A stretch of 63,396 nucleotides of DNA, filler included, from Perkinsus chesapeaki ATCC PRA-425 (taxonomy: Eukaryota; Protista; Perkinsozoa): assembly GCA_013115145.1 (NCBI GenBank). It is 8 parts of 8 records of this genome, joined end to end, with 100 filler letters (N's around TTAATTAATTAA, not from the genome) between each part and the next. Parts side by side here need not be neighbours in the genome. Positions count along the whole stretch, not along the records: positions 18,897 to 24,562 come from JAAPAO010001136.1; positions 24,663 to 26,840 come from JAAPAO010001659.1; positions 26,941 to 38,198 come from JAAPAO010000853.1; 5 more parts are not named here. One strand, written 5' to 3'. Shown here piece by piece: positions 24,491 through 38,298 of this stretch (its first letter is position 1; each line of letters opens with the position of its first letter). The position numbers were made by a program, and so were the translations under genes. Under the pieces are notes generated by a model that was not told the DNA's origin, made no database searches, and saw only the letters and a list, made by a program, of their open reading frames with translations.

Positions 24491-24522
24491 AGCCCTCTAA
24501 TATAGCATTGTAAAACCATTGA

Positions 24523-24562
24523 TGAGTGCTGCGAGGTTCGAACTCGCGCGGACCATGTCCAG
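24523..24562 (-). tRNA. 3' half of a type II tRNA, probably Leu; truncated by contig end
   Basis: Minus strand: variable arm ggac-atg-gtcc, T-arm GCGAG-TTCGAAC-CTCGC, acceptor AGCACTC, discriminator A, downstream TTTT. Anticodon is lost in the gap. Confidence 0.75.
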
Positions 24563-24662
24563 NNNNNNNNNNNNNNNNNNNNNNNNNNNNNNNNNNNNNN
24601 NNNNNNTTAATTAATTAANNNNNNNNNNNNNNNNNNNNNNNNNNNNNNNNNNNNNNNNNNNN

Positions 24663-26832
24663 CTTCTGATAAGTTGAAGTCACCAATGACTTCACCGAGC
24701 ACATTTCCCACTTGATCCATTACAGGTGGATTACTGGTATTAGTGATGGGACAGATACTCCTCCGGACGACTTCACCGAAACAGTGTTTCGGAAACACGG
24801 GCACTTCTAGAACCATCGTTTTGGAAGAACTGCATACCGATACCATTTTGACATAACGAATAGACGCCCATGATAACATACGGTTCTCCGTATAAAGAAG
24901 CCACTGACGAATCAACTGTTGTACTCGGATGTACTGCTGGAAGTACTCGAAAAGAGTAACCTGCGAACATAACTTGACCACGTACAGGCACTACAGTCTT
25001 ATCAGCTAACTGTACTTATACATTACTATCATTTAGGGCTTCTATAGGTTGACCGAGTAGCTTAGCCTGGTCTTCACGTATATAGTTATGCACCAGTATC
25101 CAAGAGCACATATAAATACGAGTTACCGTTAGACTTATCTTCAAGACGAAGAACCGGGTCAGGACTTGCTGGTTTGTCGTTAATACATAACAAGTCTTGA
25201 GTAAATGATAATGAGCCATTTTTACTAAAAATTTTTTAGCAGTATCACTAGGAGCACCTTTACCATCATGAACAAAACGACATTTACTACCATATATACA
25301 GCTACCTGTTCGCTGGAATTGGTAGCAAAGCTTTTTACTTTTATGGTAACCTCGACGATCTTTATCTCTAGACGGTGCTGAAGAATCGTCTACAGTAGAG
25401 ACATGTGGAGGTGGTATAGATGACCCAGTACTTTCCACAGAATGAAGATTTGAGGTTGTAGTTGATGGATTGGTAAACTTATCACCAGTAACTGCTTGCT
25501 CTAAGCGTTCTCGTTGAGTAAGTTTCTGGACTAATACAGGAAACGAAGAACAACGGGGCAGCAAGTCCATGGCTACACTACGCCAAGCCGGAACAAGAGC
25601 TCTCAGAAAAGTAGTTCGTAGTTTTTCGTCAGAGACATCGGTACCAGTATAACCACTGCATGTTGAACTTAACCTCAAATAAATACGTTTTACTTCATCG
25701 ACCCAACCTTAAATAGGACCAACACCGGGTGGGGTAGGACCAATAGACAACAAGAGTGACTGAGACAGGTCGCGTCCACCTACTTCCGTTGAGGCTTCTC
25801 GGCAGCAGCGAAGATTCGCTTGGAAAGAACCGAGAGTTCCGGTGGAATGGTCCTTCAACTCGAAGCTGTCGAGGACATTACATTTGTGGACGGCTCATGA
25901 AGAAAAGAAGTAGGCCACTCTTACGGGAGGGATATTTTATTGGTTTGTTCAGGAATTGGGCATGGCGAACTGGTCCCATTCCTTGCAGAGGCAGACCGTT
26001 GGTAGCTCGCGGCGCCCACATCGGTATTCGATGTGTTGCATGAGCGTCAACTATCATGATTAACTGATGATGTTCTTGTAACTAAACAGGAGATGTTATG
26101 CATTATATTTGTTTAGTTTGGAGTACTGTACTCCCTACAGTAAAGGAATTACCCAGCACGTGGGTAGAGTCACAACGGCAACAGAGAGGGTATTGTGCTG
26201 CCTTCTCTAGACAAATACGGACACATATTCCGGGGTCTCAAGAAGTTCCCTGGGAGGGGAAAGCCCGAACGAATAGCGGACGAGGCGGGGGTGGATCCGC
26301 AACTTGCGCCATCACTAGCCTCTGGAGGCGCCAAATGACTCCCTCCGGTAAAAGGCCGATTAGAGGTCGTTGTGTGCCCTTGACCATTATTTCATCGACG
26401 TCGTACTACAGAGAGTACATGGGAAATAATGAAATTTTTATCCCGGTATGTAATTTTTGAGAAACCTGGTTAATCTTGCCGTTTGCCTCTCCATCTTCAA
26501 GGCACTAGGTGATATGCGAACGCGTGCAAGCTATGATAGGCGCCATGATGAATGATGGCTTAAAGACGCCTTAGAAAAACAAACGAATTGCAATTAGTTT
26601 TTCACACTCAGGTACAGATTTTGAGTTGACGAACAACTGTCATCAACGCTCGTGAAGGTAGAGGTTGGATGAGACGTTCTGGGGGGGGACGCCAGATGAG
26701 TGTGACTCATGTGAATCGCGGATAACGAGCCTCATCAGATGAGCACGCGATACTTCGTATTTATAGCGACTTTACTCAGCTATAGTATAAATGACCTCCT
26801 CTCCGATTACTCTATACTTCCTATCACTGACA
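24663..26832 (-). mobile_element. Degenerate LTR retrotransposon 5' part; gag carries a CCCH zinc finger
   Basis: Putative LTR TGTCA...ACTCA (26697-26832), then TGGCGTCCC (tRNA-Asn-type PBS, 26686-26694); gag-like ORF with CYQFQRTGSCIYGSKCRFVH; frameshifted protease VLLDTGA near 25100. Confidence 0.7.
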
Positions 26833-27779
26833 CTTAGTGTNNNNNNNNNNNNNNNNNNNNNNNNNNNNNNNNNNNNNNNNNNNNTTAATTAATTAANNNN
26901 NNNNNNNNNNNNNNNNNNNNNNNNNNNNNNNNNNNNNNNNGTGGACCCGGACGACTGGTCACTTGTCCGATGTGTTCTCCTGCTATTCATATTACTATTT
27001 GTCTAAGGCTCGTGTACGCTGGATGTCCCTCGAGATGAGTCGGCTGACCTACAAACTGGCTATCCCTAGTCAGTCAGCGTCGTCGTTAAAACAACAAAAT
27101 GAGAGACTTCTGTAGGAAGCCCCAATGGCAACATCATTCCTCTCATGTCCCTTGTTACGAGTTGGGTTCATCAATAGTTTCCATCTCCTAAACACCTCTC
27201 CTTAGGTAACGCATACACTCACATGTCCGGGATTTCCAATATACAACATTGTATCTCCACTTTCCAACAGGTGTCCTCGTGGAAAGTGTAGCTACAGCCT
27301 ATAGAGTACTGCTACGTGCTACTCGCGCCGATAGAAGCAAGAATTTTCCTCAGGACAATCGATCGGATGGATTACCAGTATAGTAGGCTGAAATATAAAG
27401 GAAAGTGTTGCCCTAAATTGGGGCTCCGGAATCTGGGTGCAGCGTCGTCGTTGAGTGAAACTCGCTCCTGACGGGGCCGTCTTTCAAAGGCATCTTCGGA
27501 GTTGGCACCTAAATGAAATAGAAGAGCACGGAATGTTTCCAAGTTGAGGTTGATCTCTCATGCGTCCGATGGAGGGCATTTAGTGAGATTCTGGCCTCCC
27601 TTGACGCGATGAGACCAGCCCTTCCGAGCCGAGAATTGGTCATTCGTCTCCATAGGAAAATATATGGTATCGAAGATCAACGTTGCAGCACAGTTTGATC
27701 GGTACCTCACCAAAACATATTGACCAACACAACCCACTTTTACAACTCTTTGCAATTATCATGTAGTAGTTGAATAATC

Positions 27780-30700
27780 ATCCCCTATAATTAACCATGG
27801 GGGTCATACTCTCATCTGGCATGGCCACACTGAGTAGCCTTCGAACGAGAGTTGGAGTTGGCTCATCATCCCCAAGAAGAACCCCTAGTAGGGGAAGGAG
27901 CTGCTCTCGGAGAAGGGAAGTTAAGTGGCCTCGTAGGGGCCCATTGCAGTTGAATCTGAAGAGAAAAGTAGATATAGCAATCCGCAGCAAGTGCGGGTCA
28001 TGCCTAGCATAGATAAGCTACGGCTAACACTAATTATTTGCACACAAGAGATGTGATGAGCTTGTGCGACTGACCTACATTTCTTCATCACCAAGCAACT
28101 GCATGGTAACATCAGAGAAGCTCTTGAATGATCTAAACCTCACATCAGCGAGGCTCGAGTGGGTGTGAGATATCATAGCTGGCAGCATGTTGCGGATAAA
28201 GCAATCGCAAAGGGAAGGAGAACCTTCTGAATGTAAATGTTCACTGCAGTGGTACTAAGCCTGGCTACCTAGTATCACACCAACTTGGGCAGGAATGCCC
28301 TCGATGACCATCAACTGTAGGTGCTGCAGTGTGGCGTTGGACGTAGACTGCCGAGGCACCGTGCCTGCGGAGAGAAGCACTCGGTCCCCAGTAAGCTCTC
28401 GAGCTCACCGTTCCTCGGACTGCTTGAGCAAGCACTCTGCCATGCGGTGACTCTCGCCATTGAAGGCACGTGGGATTCTGTGAGAGCACCTAATGATATA
28501 GTCGATAAAGACGATCGCAGCTTGTATCACATTTGGCCATGTTCGAGCTGCTCAAAAGGTGCATTATAATACTAAGTGCTCTGGAAACGCTCGAAGGGAC
28601 GCAAGTCGATGCCGAGGAAGTACGCCTCAGTGATGCCGACGACGAGGCTGAAGTGGCTGAGGAGGCGCCACTTCGACAACTGTACCGCGGCGAGGGCGTT
28701 GGTGTCACCACATTCAGCGCGTGCAGCTCTGTCACCTGCAATGAGAACGCTACTTTTCAGCTGAGAACATTGTGGAAGACTACAGCTTCTGCCAGGCATT
28801 GCCAAAGACATATCGATATTGAGTCAACAATGATACTCAACGCTCGGTGAAGATACTCCACAGTGTCATCGTCTTGGCTCTCTCCTGTAGGATCCGGCGG
28901 AACATACCGGCACACCCTGTCGAACCGCATGGACAGATTCTGAAATTGGGGTCGAACATCCGGAACAGAGATTCAGACAAGCATACCTTCTCGAGAGCTA
29001 AGTGAAGTGCATGGGCTCCGATGGTGTCATTGGAGGACCCTCGCAGGAGGAAGAGCCGCGCCAGTAGTAAGAAGACTTTGCCGCGGGACTGAACCGAGGA
29101 TGCACGGAGAGAAGACACGGCCAGTTAATTACAACACCGGAGAGTCTTGGTAAACTCAAGATTGATAGAACCTCGGTGACAAGGGCATCGGCAGAGGCAA
29201 TGTCTATACGGTGCGAGTTCAGCAGCTTCATTCCAAAGGATACCTGATCAATGGCGAACGACTGAGGCAAATCCACCACGGCTGGCTCACTCCGGAGGAG
29301 ACGGCACGTTGAACCTCAGCCTCGGTGTTGGCCTTGGCTGCGAGCTGCAGGCCACTGATACAGATTCGTAACAGTTCCGTAGGGGACAACCGTGCCGTCG
29401 CTGGAACTAGGCTGAGCCTGAAGCGAGGCTGTGGGAGGTAGTAGCTGTAGAGGAGTACGTCTTGTCCAAGGCTGTTAGGCAGGTTATCCGTACTCTAGGA
29501 TGAACGCCACTGTCGCAGCAGACTCGAGTCAACCTAGTGAGGACCTGAGGAGGGTCAGTGCCGAGAAAAGATACCGATGAACAGAAGCAGCAGACCTGTC
29601 TCGCTACTGTAGGGGTGAGAAGGTTGCTTGGCACCCATCCACTAGGGGCCATCAGAGCTATATTCTGCAGCGTCTGAGCTGACAACATCAGCAAACCATG
29701 GGCCTCCATGTCGTCGCCTTTAACCTGGACGATGACTCTTTTACAGCACGAAGCCTTTGATTTCATACCAAACAAGTCTGCATGACCATCGACGCCACCG
29801 ACAGAGGGAGTTCCAGTGAGGAGGATGACGAACAACCAGAGAGTATGCCTACCAGAACTAGTACAAGGGACACACTTAGTAAGACTACTATTGGCGGTGG
29901 TATCAGCAGCGGTACTGGGAGACTGTTGAGTTGCCACGTAGAACATGAGCTCCCCGAGGGCAGCCAACGCGCTGCGTCTAACTGCTAGGGAGTTGCCTGT
30001 TCTCTCTTCAATACAGTGTTGCAGCGTCTGAATGGAAAGGCTACAGTTGAACAGCGGAGGCAGCAGAGCAAGACCTCAAAAAGGCCGTAGCCACCAAAGG
30101 CACCTGGGGCGCTGCCGTGTGTGTCCAGGCTTGAACCGTCGGCACTGTGATAGCTGATACCACTGGCCCCAACTGTCATGGAGTGCCCTCCTCCCCCTCC
30201 CGCTGAAGTGCATCCAGGCTCGATGAACGATGCATGCCTCAAGGCTTTGCCGAGCATCTGTGAGATGGATGGAAACAGGCTGTAAAGGATGATGACACCT
30301 ACATTCAATGTGTCAATCCTTAGTGCTTCGCTCCGTCGAGCCATGGCCCCGAGGCTGCCCCTGGGGGTAGTATCCCCTGGTGAGGCTAGCACCAAGAGCA
30401 ATGATAGGATGGATGAGTTAAGGACCACATCGGCTATCTGAAACGGTACTGCTTCGCCGAGGTGCTCCGGGGCGCTGCGAGCTGCTGCCTACCTCGACCC
30501 TCTCGGAAAGGTGATTAAGGTAAGCTATCACACTGCTCACCAGCTCGGATGATGTCGCTGACTTGAGGTGTTGATAGATCTCAGAAATGTGGCTATGGAC
30601 CTGAATGGCGAGTCTGTCGGTGGGCCACTCGAGTCCTGACTAACCTCCTTGTTGAGAGCTGCTGATGCAGCTGACTGAGTTATGGCAGCTACAAAGTCAT

Positions 30701-32847
30701 CGCGATCATACACTGCAAACCTATCCAGGTGAGCTGAAGATCAAGATACTCCTACCGACTTACGGCAAGCGATTCTCCCAAGCTCTGGAGTTCTCCTTAC
30801 CAGCCCGGCCGGCGTCAACAGCGTCGTCCCCGTTGATAAAATCGTTTGAGGAGTCTGATACGACAGTTGATGATAAGCCCAGCCGACCGCCTCACCAGGA
30901 GCCATCGCCTCCTCTTCCTCTTGCCCCGCTGAGATGGGGCTCACCGATTGGTCCGACCAGTGTGGCAGCAGCCTAGCGATAGCCGATGACAAGCTGGCAC
31001 GCCCAGCCTCCGAGGGTGCCGATGGGCTGAAGGCCAATTGCTGTATCTGTCTTGTAGAATGGATCAACGATAATCGAAGACCTTCGCACCCCGTGCTGCT
31101 GTCTCGTGGAGAGCGGGGGCGGCGGTGGCGGCGGTGGCGTTGGGTGAGCCATGGCTGATGGCGTCTCCGAACGCAACATCTCCGAGCTAGGCGTATGGCT
31201 CCCACCGGCCCCACTGCCCATCGAAGAGGATCTCTCGAGTAGTCTTTGAGATGACGAGGTGCTGGCTGCTGCTGCTGATGTCACTGCGTGGCATCTATTG
31301 TTCGGGTAGTGTTGACCTGGGCAGAAAAGGGTCCTTCTAGGGGAACTAGCCAACTGGGGGTGTTACGATGTGTGGTGTTGATGTAGTCATTAAAATGCTT
31401 CTGCATTGGCAGATCAACGCCGAGGAGGCTATCAAACTGTCCATTCCAGAAAGAGTGTCGTAGCAGGCCGGGCCAGTCCAGTCTTGTAGCCTTCGAAGGG
31501 TAGCCAATCGAAGGCCGAAGCTCGACGCACTAAACCTACCGGGTCCTTGCCCAGCAAGCTGCCATCATTGCCTCGATGGCCTCGACCGTGGACAAGATCT
31601 GCCATTGCCGAGCTAAGCGGGGTGATGTCCGGGTTCGGATCATTCTCCTTTATTAGCTGCTGCAATGATTGGAATGAGTTCGATACAAATGGAGGGCGCC
31701 CAGTGACCTGCAAAACCGACTCCGGGCCATTTGCTACAGCGCCGCAGCTTACAAGCTCGTGCATGACGATACCGAGGGCCCAGAGATCAGATGCAAACGA
31801 ATGAACACCTCTGTCCAGAAACAGCTCGGGCGCCATGTAGTAGGGGGTGCCTAAGGGAGCTGATGGCGAAGGAGAATGTCAACGATGCCCTGACCTCGCC
31901 GAGGAAGCGGCTTCCCTTTGGCTGATAGGCCCTCCAAGTCGGTGAGGCGCTGGCTCATACCAAAGTCACAGAGCTTGAGCCTGCCCTCTTCAGTAAAGAG
32001 CAGGTTTGATGGCTTCAAATCACCATATATGATACCATTGCGATGAACATGATGGAGTCCCGAGACGATATCGAGGCAGAATAGCCGACACTGGAAAGGA
32101 CCATGGGACACGAAACTGAGGAGAGTGTTGCCTACCTGATCCGGTGAGACCTTCGTATCCTGCTTCAGCACCTTGAGGAGATCTCCTCCAGCGCAATACT
32201 CAGTTATTATCCATAGATGGTTACGTGTCTCATACCTGAAGGGATACTGGGGGGAGTATAGGAACTGCTGCTGACCAGTTGAAGAACTTGAGCACGTTGA
32301 AGTGTCCTTTGATGTCATTAAGAACCTGACCAACGCGCTTAGACTCTCTTCACCGACGGGCCCAGATACTCATTCGCGTCGAGTGACAACTTAGTGACCG
32401 AAGCCTCGAGTACAGGTAGAGGGAACAGCGAATCAAATGCAGAAGCCTACCGAAGCGCGTCAAGTCAGAAAGCACGAAATAACAGTATTTCTGAGGTGGG
32501 CGTATTTGTGATAATGCTGCACACTTCTAGAAGATACACTTCCACCTACAAGTATCGGATACAGTCATTTTGATAAAGAAGTGAGGTGCTCGACTAATGT
32601 GCGATGACCATAAAGGGATCAACTGTTATACTATGTACCCACAACCAACCTATTAGGATATGCTACTCGGTGAGAAGTGAACACTTGATTCTCCCGTGCC
32701 TACCTTGACCTCGTTCATAACTCTACTCCTCCTGCATTTCTCAGTGCTCTTAATTCCAACATACTCTATAGAGTATCGTTTCCGTCCCTTGTAAACAACA
32801 GTGTACTTCCCATGACCTATCTCCTCATAAAGGTGGTAGTTGTTCAT
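27780..32847 (-). CDS. ULK4: ULK4/RUNKEL-like kinase with C-terminal helical repeats, multi-exon; 3' end uncertain
   Basis: MNNYHLYEEIGHGKYTVVYKGRKRYSIEYVGIKS; YETRNHLWIITEYCAGGDL; IYGDLKPSNLL; KLCDFG; TPYYMAPELF; SDLWALG. The N-terminus matches the ULK4/RUK pattern. Confidence 0.85.
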
Positions 32848-32999
32848 GGTACTAACTGAACCGCCGCGCCAGAGGCAGATGATTGACAGTAATGATTAAC
32901 CTCAAGTGTGATGCGTATAGGAAAACATGATAACCATTTGTATGCCTTGAAGGCTGCTAAGAAATAACAACATAATCATTTGTGAAGGCTTCTTCAACG

Positions 33000-35900
33000 C
33001 CGCCCTTGAAACCGAGTGAGGCGGCCTCGTCCTCCGACCAACTAAGCTGACGTATCCAGCTTCCCTCACCTGACATAGGCTCTACAGTCGACATGAGGAG
33101 CTTGAGCGTACCAAGGGGGATGTCGGTAGTGGGACGAGAGAAGGAGTTAGAGGTGCTGTTCCACGGACGATCTGTCCAGATCTGAAAGAGCGCTGCTGGC
33201 ATCGAATGAAAAGAGGATCGCCATAAAAGTAAAAGCTATTTCTGTCAATGACTCATTCTCAACGAGCATCCCCGGCGACGTACCTGTATACGAGGATTAG
33301 TGCTTGAGAGAGTTATAAACACGGTGAAATCTGTTGTGCCGGTGTCCTTCTGAAGGCGAGCATTCTCTCTATCACGGAAAATAGGCCACTCCGAGTCCTC
33401 GCTGTCAGAGAGCACCTGCCGGCACTAAACCATCACACTTCTCCTCCTCTGTCCACCTTGAGCAGGTCGGCTGGTTTCCTAATGCTCCCTGCCAACTCCC
33501 CGAATCGAGCCAATCGATGAGGGCTGCTCGGGCCGGAGTCCTCGGGGATGCCTTTGAGGAAGATGTACGAGTTGGCGTGAGCTGATCCACCATGCTCCCG
33601 CACCACTAGCCGACCCAGTGCCACTGACCAGTTGGTGAACCTTGGCCATATCTGGTGAGGTTACGATAGGCTATCTTGCCTCCCGGCGAGCTTTCAATGT
33701 AACTGAACGAAGAATTCATGGATGAATGAAGTATGTCCGAGAAGACGAACGATACGAGAAGTCGTGCACGGTGACTTGCCATAGACCAGAGAACATGTGG
33801 AGAGCAAGATTCCTATAGACACAGCGTCAGAAAGGATGGTGCACGAGATCATGCCATACAACAACAACATCAAGACTCCTCCTTGCTAACATTAACCTCA
33901 AGCACTCTTCTTCTGTGATAAGTAAGCTATTCAGATACAGATGGAATTATGTCTTCATGTCGATGGTGTCAATCGTATGAGAGGATACTTTCTAACAGCC
34001 ACGTTGCCACTGAATCAGCATAGGAGATAGCTCCACAAGGGCTCCGAGAATAATAGAGCAACATTAAAAATTATCAGCTGGAATGCATCCATGGCGTGCT
34101 CAGTTCTCAAGGGAAGAGCAGCACCGGTAGTCTTACAGCACGGCAGAGTCCTTGTCCTTAAAATTGGCGAAGTTGTAGCCATGGCCGGTCGACAGTCTAC
34201 CGTCATTCAGACTACCAGAGAACATACAATGCAACACGGCCGACTGTTACCGCCCTACACCTCAACAGCCTCATCGATTGATCGAGCTGTACACAATTGT
34301 CTCCCTAGGATAATCTGCCCAATCGCCGGCCGCTGCTCACTGGGAACTATAAGGTCGGTGGGGTATAGGGAATTCACTGTACTCACCACACCATCACTGA
34401 GTAAAGACATTCCTGACCAGCTACCGCCTGGCTGCTTTCACCTGTTAACACTGACCGCTAGACCACTGAGGCCCAATGGGTAGGTGTAGGCTGCCCAGCG
34501 CTGTATAACCTACTTTGTGGCTAGGTCGAAGAATGGACACTTACACTGCAAGATCGAGTACTTGCTTGCAGCAGCTACCTGGTTCTCCGTATTATAGACA
34601 GTAGCATAAACGATATATCCTGGGCGATTACTAACAGGCCAATCGTAGTCCTCGTTGTGAGCCCAGCCCACCCAGCCTGTCCAAGATAATTCTAAGTCGA
34701 CATAGTTGCAGCGGCGTCACTTACCAGAAGTAGCCCAGTGTACATCTGTACATCCCCTTTCTACTCTTTTTCCATCAGAAATAACAGAGCCATTAGAGCG
34801 CTTCATCAGCAGTGTCATTTCATTCCTATGGTTTGCAAGTAACACCGTATCCAAGGGCAGGCCTGGCCACGCGATACGCCCACTCGTCCTCCTTTCCCCT
34901 CACCGGTCCCCTTGCTCATGCCCCTCATTTCGGCGTAAACCTTAGGATAGGCCTCCTCTGTGCTCTTACCATACAGCTCCAGCCATCTCTGGGCAGCTGG
35001 ACCTATGCTGAAGGGTGTCGCCAACAGTCCTTGGTTGCCCTACTAGATCTATGCCAGGCGACGAGCTCTAGTAGGGACTTGTCCAATTCGATGGCAGCTT
35101 TGATATGAGCTCTTAACGAGTATCCAACCTGCACATGTGGTACACTGGAAGTAGGGGCTCATTCCGCCTCGTGGTGATTCAGAAACTTCCTACTGCAAAG
35201 ACTATTAGTATGCAAAGACGAATGTAAATAGCAGATAGGAGATACTGAAGGGGAGGACGAACAACTTAAAATCAATCCACGCAGAGGCCAGGGCCTCCTC
35301 GACGGCCAGTGATGCTCATTAAACCGGTCCTCGATTCGTAAACAAATCACACATCAATATGAAGCTATAGGATAATCACCGCTATGGCACACTGTGGTCA
35401 TTACACCCTCACCCCTCATCTGACCTTAAAACCAAAGCTGAAGTGTCCATTAATGTCATTAACATATTCCACATGCACCGCAGGGATACCAATGCTACCT
35501 AGTCCCGGCAGAGGGAGGGCGAGGAGGCAGACGGCCGGAATAAACAATAAAATGGACATCTGACAATGCCTTAAAGGACAACCCTAGCTAGGTCCAGGGA
35601 TAAGGTGGTAGTTGACTAGCAGGGTGTACAAGTAATAACGGCGGCGGCGGCGGCCCACACCTTATCATTGCCATCTAGTTTGATGATGATGAAATTCATA
35701 CCAATCGAAAGGGCTTCCTGCATTCTATAAGACGGTATCCTTGGCATTTCACCCACCGTGGGCCCTTACTTCTTATACACACTGTAATTAAGAGCCAATA
35801 TTGCTCAGACTAGGGATGCCACTACCGCCACCACAAGGTAAGTCAATGTATAGAACATTCCTTTAACAGGAGGCTATCCAGGCTCTTTGAGAGTTCCCTG

Positions 35901-36590
35901 TACATTACTACCAACCTGCTTGCTACCTCTAACTGTAAAACGCAAACTATTAAGGGACCACTCTACCGCCTCTCCCCACCACCTTCGGCATGAGAACTAA
36001 ACTCAAGATCACTAACTTGGGGACGGCAATTGATCGGCAGTAAAACACATCGAACATCATCATAATAATGAATTGTAATAATTAAGCACAACTGCCTCAC
36101 AGGGCTGCTCCCAAGCAGCTTACCCAAACTGGGTCGGCTGGGTGAGCTGTGGGCCAGAAGAGCCACTGAAGCGAACTACAAAGTCGAACGGCACTGTATT
36201 CTTACTCATTCGGACTGAAGAGAGCACCGCCGTACTTACTACTCCCTGTAAAGCTGTACTTCAAACCTCCCAAAGTGGACTTGCTATCGTATGCTCCTAC
36301 CAGGGCGAATGCCATCAGACATGACCGGTGACACTAACCTGGCCCAGGCTGGCCCCGAGAGGAGATGTGATATATCGGCGGCCTGTTGCTGGTGCCGAAT
36401 CTCATACAGGGCTCATCGTGCTTAAGTTCGAGACTGTAGGTTCCTGGACCTGTAACACAATTTCTGTCCCCTTTCTGCTATGGCTGTTGTGCCTGCTGTG
36501 ACTAGTACCTGGCTTCCCTCTTGTAGCTATTATATCCCTATCGTAGTACCAATCATGTCGGCCAGCGACTGCTATAGCTCTTTCGTCCAT
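33000..36590 (-). CDS. Multi-exon hypothetical protein
   Basis: Several GT-AG-bounded open segments (e.g. WTGWVGWAHNEDYDWPVSNRPGYIVYATVYN; RAHIKAAIELDKSLLELVAW). Family not recognised; exon structure not resolved. Confidence 0.35.
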
Positions 36591-37609
36591 TGTAGGCTCA
36601 CCCCTATTATTCCTATTAAAAAATATACATTCTCCACATATTGATTCTCAGGAACGCCACTAGGCGAGAAGTCTACAACAGAGCGCTAAGAATGCTAGCT
36701 AACGACACCCCTGTATATATAAGCCGTTGAAATGATGCTAACGTTCTCCTGTCGTTGTATTCACTGTTCTCTTAGTATCCCTTGCCACTCCTTATAGTAT
36801 TACTTATTCCTAACCTCATATATCCCAGGTCCTGGAGCATTCTGTGCCAGCTTCTCCATACACTTAGGGAACAGCCTTCCCCCTGTACCAAAACTGATGC
36901 TCACTTGAGAAGTGTACGGCTTGGAGCTGAAGTCGCTAGGGGGAGAGTAAGCTCCTAATCATTAAATTGTCTATTTCACGACCGTGGATTTCTCTACCCG
37001 GCCCTGGCTCTATGGGGTTCTTATCGCGCCGACCAGGTGCACTCTTCGGCCGCTTACTGCGATCATCGGCGAACCGAGTGGCCGAGCCAAAAGAACAGGG
37101 CCTGAGGAGGGACCATTTCCTCAGCGCTTGAAAGTGACTCCTAGTACCTTGCTATTCCTCGGAACTTGGACGTCTGATCTATTTTACCAACAACGTCGTA
37201 CTTACCCGGGCCGGGAACTTTATTAGCATGCCGGTCCAGCCTCTTTTGCGCCTATGAAACTCTAGAGTTGACAGAAAGCGTATATTGGAGGGCCTCCAAA
37301 ATGGAAATCTCGAAAAATCTCCTCTTGAAATTTCAAGCCTCTGAAGCGTGTTATCGTACATATTTCAGAGGTGAACCACCGGAGACCAGGCAGGGGACTC
37401 AATACGGATCAAATTGTCTATCCCTATTCCCCTATTATTCCCTTTTCCTATTACATCCATACATCCTTCTCCCTTCATAGTCCACTTAGGTGCCGCCTTA
37501 TAAGGCGACATGTGCTGTAGCAGCGGCGCTGGGCCTGTTGAGCTCATTCTTATAACTGTAGCAACCCCCTCTACCCCGCTGTAACGACGCAACACATTTG
37601 CAATGTATA

Positions 37610-37837
37610 TCAGTCCTTCGTGACATGACTGTGAGATGACGCTGCATGTTGATGCTTGATGATATCCCGCAGGGATCCTATCTCCGCATCCTTAATCTTC
37701 AACAGCTCAACAGAGCCATTCAGAGCCTTTCGTAGTCGTTGACAGGTATGCTGTAGTTCTGATACTTGCTCACGAAGTCGGGACTGTTCGAGGAGGAGGT
37801 CTGAAGAAGCAAGGATATGAGCAAGATACCTTTCCAA
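37610..37837 (-). CDS. Exon of a small coiled-coil hypothetical protein
   Basis: LLLEQSRLREQVSELQHTCQRLRKALNGSVELLKIKDAEIGSLRDII shows a heptad pattern. Confidence 0.45.
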   Translation of the reverse strand: MERYLAHILASSDLLLEQSRLREQVSELQHTCQRLRKALNGSVELLKIKDAEIGSLRDIIKHQHAASSHSHVTKD

Positions 37838-38298
37838 GTAGAGGTGAACTAGAGAACGAAGAGGTGAACCTGCTTGCTGCTGGTAACATCTTGCCGATAT
37901 GAACGCCTCATAGCTCTACTAGAGTATACTATTCCGCAAAATTCCTGGACTGGATGCGGATGGTGAATGCTGCTTTAGTATATAATAGATTGGAATTCAT
38001 AAGTCATCCCTAAGGCATATCCTCGACCAGCAGGAGGAGCGCAATAGGCGACGCGCATACGGCACGAAAATTGAGAGAACCGTACGGCGCCGAATATTAT
38101 GCAGAAAGAGAGGTGAGTGAGCAGCATCCTTCGAAACTGCACACTGTGGAATAGTATCCGACAACCATTCGCCCCATTCCGGAATCCTACACCGTATGNN
38201 NNNNNNNNNNNNNNNNNNNNNNNNNNNNNNNNNNNNNNNNNNTTAATTAATTAANNNNNNNNNNNNNNNNNNNNNNNNNNNNNNNNNNNNNNNNNNNN

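Noticed and set aside
30087-30095. CCGTAGCCA resembling the Perkinsus/dinoflagellate spliced leader
   Set aside because: Only 9 nt match and the rest of the leader is absent; a similar short match in the LTR is equally weak.
37967-37982. 16-bp match gctgctttagtatata shared with ~45973
   Set aside because: Single short AT-rich match with no extension; plausible by chance.
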